From: Candidatus Woesearchaeota archaeon
GTDB lineage: Archaea; Nanobdellota; Nanobdellia; Pacearchaeales; GW2011-AR1
NCBI GenBank assembly: GCA_964473005.1
Contig: CAYYME010000001.1
Coordinates: forward strand, 1-58,114
Direction of reading: 5' to 3'
DNA length: 58,114 nt
Part shown: one piece after another, positions 55,666-58,114 of the stretch
Numbering within the stretch: the stretch's first letter is position 1
How the letters are laid out: each line of letters starts with the position of its first letter
Notes under the pieces: model-generated
Databases searched by the model: none
Told to the model about the DNA's origin: nothing
The model's input: only the letters and a program-made list of their open reading frames with translations
Program-made: the position numbers and the translations under genes

Positions 55666-57825
55666 ATGCCCCAAAAGAGACCGGATGTAAAAGATATTTT
55701 AAAAAAATATAGTGGAAAAATTCAGAGCCAGATTAAAACATCAGAACTTCCCAAAGGAGATTACAGCAAGGAATATGTAAAATTCAAGGAAGAGCTTGCT
55801 CCCGAACTCACAAAATTTGAGAAGTGGTGCCAGAGTTTAGGAAGCATAATAAAACTGAAAGCCTCGCAGAAAGACGAAGAAAAGATTAAAAAGAATCTGG
55901 AAATTGCACACCTCGATGTTGAGCCAGCGCAGGCATTAACTTTGAGTGTTATGTCTTTTATGACTGTGTTTATCCTGGCAGTTTTGATTTCTCTTTCAGT
56001 TGCCCTCATTAAAGAAGGAAGTTTTGTTGATACATTTCCTGTTTTCTTTTTTCTGCTTTTAGTTTTTCTGGCAATATTTATTTTTTATTTTGTTAACAGG
56101 TATCCTGAGCGTCTGGCAAAAAAATGGAGGCTCAAAGCTTCTTCACAGATGGTTCCTGCAATTTTGTATATTGTTGTCTACATGAGGCATACCCCCAACC
56201 TCGAGAAAGCAATTGCTTTTGCTTCAGAGCACATGCAATATCCTCTTGCCCTTGATTTCAAGAAAATATTTTATGATGTTGAAATAGGAAAATTTTCATC
56301 CATCAAGGAAAGTCTGGATAATTATCTTGAAACATGGAGGGATTATTCAAGCGAATTTATAGAAGCATTTCATCTGATTGAAGGAAGTTTGTATGAGCCT
56401 GACAATAACAGGCGGATTGCTATTCTGGAAAAATCCCTGCAGGTTATTCTCGACGGAGTTTATGACAAAATGCTGAAATTCACCCATAATGTCAGAAGTC
56501 CGCTGACTAATGTTTATATGCTCGGGGTTGTTCTGCCGACTCTTGCTCTGGCACTTCTGCCTCTTGCTTCTGCAATGCTCGGAGATTATCTGAGTGTTTA
56601 TCATGTCTTTGTTTTATTTAATCTGCTGGTTCCTTTTCTTGTTTTTTATTTAACAGATAAAGTTCTGATGCTGAGACCGGGTGGTTACGGGGAATCGACT
56701 CTGCTCGAGAGAAACCCGCTTTATTTCAAATACAAAAGCAAACAGCATTATTACAAAGCATTTTTGATTTGTCTTCCATTTCTGATAATAGGGTTGCTTC
56801 CCCTTATTTTTCAGTATACCCCTCTTCCTGCATTTTTCGGGCTGAAGTCAGATTATAGTTTTACAGAACTTGGGATGGGTTTTTTCGGAGACAGCATGAT
56901 TTTTGATTTTAAGGACGGAAAAGGGCCGTTTGGCATCGGAGCCCTGATTTTGAGCTTGTTTATTCCTCTTGGTGCTGCCTTATTTTTTGCAATTTCCTAT
57001 AAAGGAAAAACCAAGGAACTGATTGAGGAGAGAAATAAAACAAAGCAGTTGGAGGATGAATTTAATAATTCGTTATTTCAGCTTGGAAACAGACTGGGAA
57101 ACGGGGTTCCTCCTGAACTTGCATTCGGGAAAATTGCAGAATCTTCAAAAGGATTGGTGACAGAAGAATTTTTCAGAAGGGTAAATTATAATATAGGGCA
57201 GATGGGGATGAGTGTGGAAGAATCAATATTCAATCCAAAGAGGGGGGCAATAAATTATTATCCTTCTGATTTGATTGCGACAAGCATGAGAATTTTGGTG
57301 GAGTCTGCAAAGAAAGGGCTGAGCATTGCTGCAGTGACTCTGATGAATATCTCACAGTATATTAAGAACATACAAAAGATAACTGCTAGACTCAAAGACA
57401 TGCTTGCGGAAATAATTTCAGATATGAAAAGCAACATGACTTTCCTTGCACCTTTGCTGTCAGGAGTTGTTATCGGGCTTGCAACAATGATTGCGGCAAT
57501 ATTAAACAAGCTCACAATAGCAAATTTAGAGGGGGTTGAGGTTGCAGGGATAGGAAATCTGGATAACATCATGAATATTTTCTCTCTGAATCAGATGATT
57601 CCTCCTTACTATCTGCAGATTATTGTGGGGATTTATCTTATACAGATAATATTCATTCTCACAGGCACGTTGGTGACAGTGGATTCTGGAGAAGACAAGC
57701 TTGAAAAAATAAACAAGACAGGAAAAAATCTGAAAAAAGGAATTGCCCTTTATTTTATCACAGCGCTGTTTGCAACAGTTGTACTCTTCGTCCTGACAGC
57801 AATAGTTCTCGGAAATATTGTTTAG
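55666..57825 (+). CDS. FlaJ/TadC-like polytopic membrane platform protein
   Basis: 719 aa, two soluble T2SS-F-like regions alternating with TM bundles; immediately downstream of the ATPase. Confidence 0.7.
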   Translation: MPQKRPDVKDILKKYSGKIQSQIKTSELPKGDYSKEYVKFKEELAPELTKFEKWCQSLGSIIKLKASQKDEEKIKKNLEIAHLDVEPAQALTLSVMSFMTVFILAVLISLSVALIKEGSFVDTFPVFFFLLLVFLAIFIFYFVNRYPERLAKKWRLKASSQMVPAILYIVVYMRHTPNLEKAIAFASEHMQYPLALDFKKIFYDVEIGKFSSIKESLDNYLETWRDYSSEFIEAFHLIEGSLYEPDNNRRIAILEKSLQVILDGVYDKMLKFTHNVRSPLTNVYMLGVVLPTLALALLPLASAMLGDYLSVYHVFVLFNLLVPFLVFYLTDKVLMLRPGGYGESTLLERNPLYFKYKSKQHYYKAFLICLPFLIIGLLPLIFQYTPLPAFFGLKSDYSFTELGMGFFGDSMIFDFKDGKGPFGIGALILSLFIPLGAALFFAISYKGKTKELIEERNKTKQLEDEFNNSLFQLGNRLGNGVPPELAFGKIAESSKGLVTEEFFRRVNYNIGQMGMSVEESIFNPKRGAINYYPSDLIATSMRILVESAKKGLSIAAVTLMNISQYIKNIQKITARLKDMLAEIISDMKSNMTFLAPLLSGVVIGLATMIAAILNKLTIANLEGVEVAGIGNLDNIMNIFSLNQMIPPYYLQIIVGIYLIQIIFILTGTLVTVDSGEDKLEKINKTGKNLKKGIALYFITALFATVVLFVLTAIVLGNIV

Positions 57826-57938
57826 AGTTAGGTTTATTAATATTCTTTTGTAACTTATATTATGAAAATGGGGATTTCTTAGAGAGCAGGAATAAATTCC
57901 TGTACTACTCTCCTCACAGAGATTAAAGAAATCCTACA

Positions 57939-58114
57939 ATGGCAAAGAAAGAGGGAAAAAATATAATGAGAAAAATATTCAAAAAGGGGATTGTTACAGA
58001 ATATCTTCCGTGGCTGCTGATAGCACTTGCAGTTCTTGCAGTTCTAATTATTACAATTTACATCCTCAAGGAGAAAGGAATCTCCCTCATAGACTCAATT
58101 AAAAATTTATTCAG
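57939..58114 (+). CDS. partial ORF (runs off the window), possible pilin-like protein with short basic N-terminus and hydrophobic helix
   Basis: MAKKEGKNIMRKIFKKGIVTEYLPWLLIALAVLAVLIITIY...; position after FlaI/FlaJ homologs. Confidence 0.3.
   Translation, partial: MAKKEGKNIMRKIFKKGIVTEYLPWLLIALAVLAVLIITIYILKEKGISLIDSIKNLF

Overview
This is a visibly AT-rich, very compact archaeal chromosome segment. Many genes overlap by ATGA or are 1-2 nt apart, and TATA-like boxes sit about 25-30 nt upstream of start codons. The gene set is archaeal: PolD DP1/DP2, Orc1/Cdc6, r-proteins L21e/L18e, RNAP subunits Rpo10/Rpo3/Rpo4, Hef/XPF, an archaeal TyrRS and FlaI/FlaJ-type pilus genes. Small genes, split genes and an unlinked 5S rRNA suggest a DPANN-like reduced genome (inference). 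Layout: (i) 1-10.7 kb is a surface-glycan-type accessory locus (sugar nucleotidyltransferase, methyltransferase, sulfotransferase, flippase, decayed glycosyltransferase stubs). It encloses a tight 5-gene cassette that I consider the best candidate for an undescribed system: two paralogous Pol-beta-type nucleotidyltransferases, two paralogous HIT-like proteins and a SpoT/Mesh1-type HD hydrolase. (ii) 10.8-14.5 kb holds secDF, a cluster of three tRNA genes with unusual anticodon loops plus a duplicated T-arm, an orphan 5S rRNA and rpoN. (iii) 14.6-17.4 kb is a MacB-type ABC transporter. (iv) 17.7-23.1 kb is the r-protein/RNAP operon L21e-RpoF-DUF655-S13-S4-S11-RpoD-tRNALeu-[inserted ORF]-L18e-L13-S9. 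(v) 23.1-27.6 kb is a probable integrated-element remnant: a serine recombinase without a canonical start, winged-helix proteins with in-frame microsatellites, and repeats. (vi) 27.6-36.2 kb is a candidate oriC followed by orc1-nudix-DP1-NT5C-HD-DP2. (vii) 36-51 kb is housekeeping and membrane genes, including a split Hef. (viii) 51.7-58.1 kb is a type IV pilus/archaellum-like locus flanked by stubs of its own ATPase gene. No CRISPR array, transposase or 16S/23S rRNA was seen. All functional calls rest on motifs read by eye; no database search was possible.
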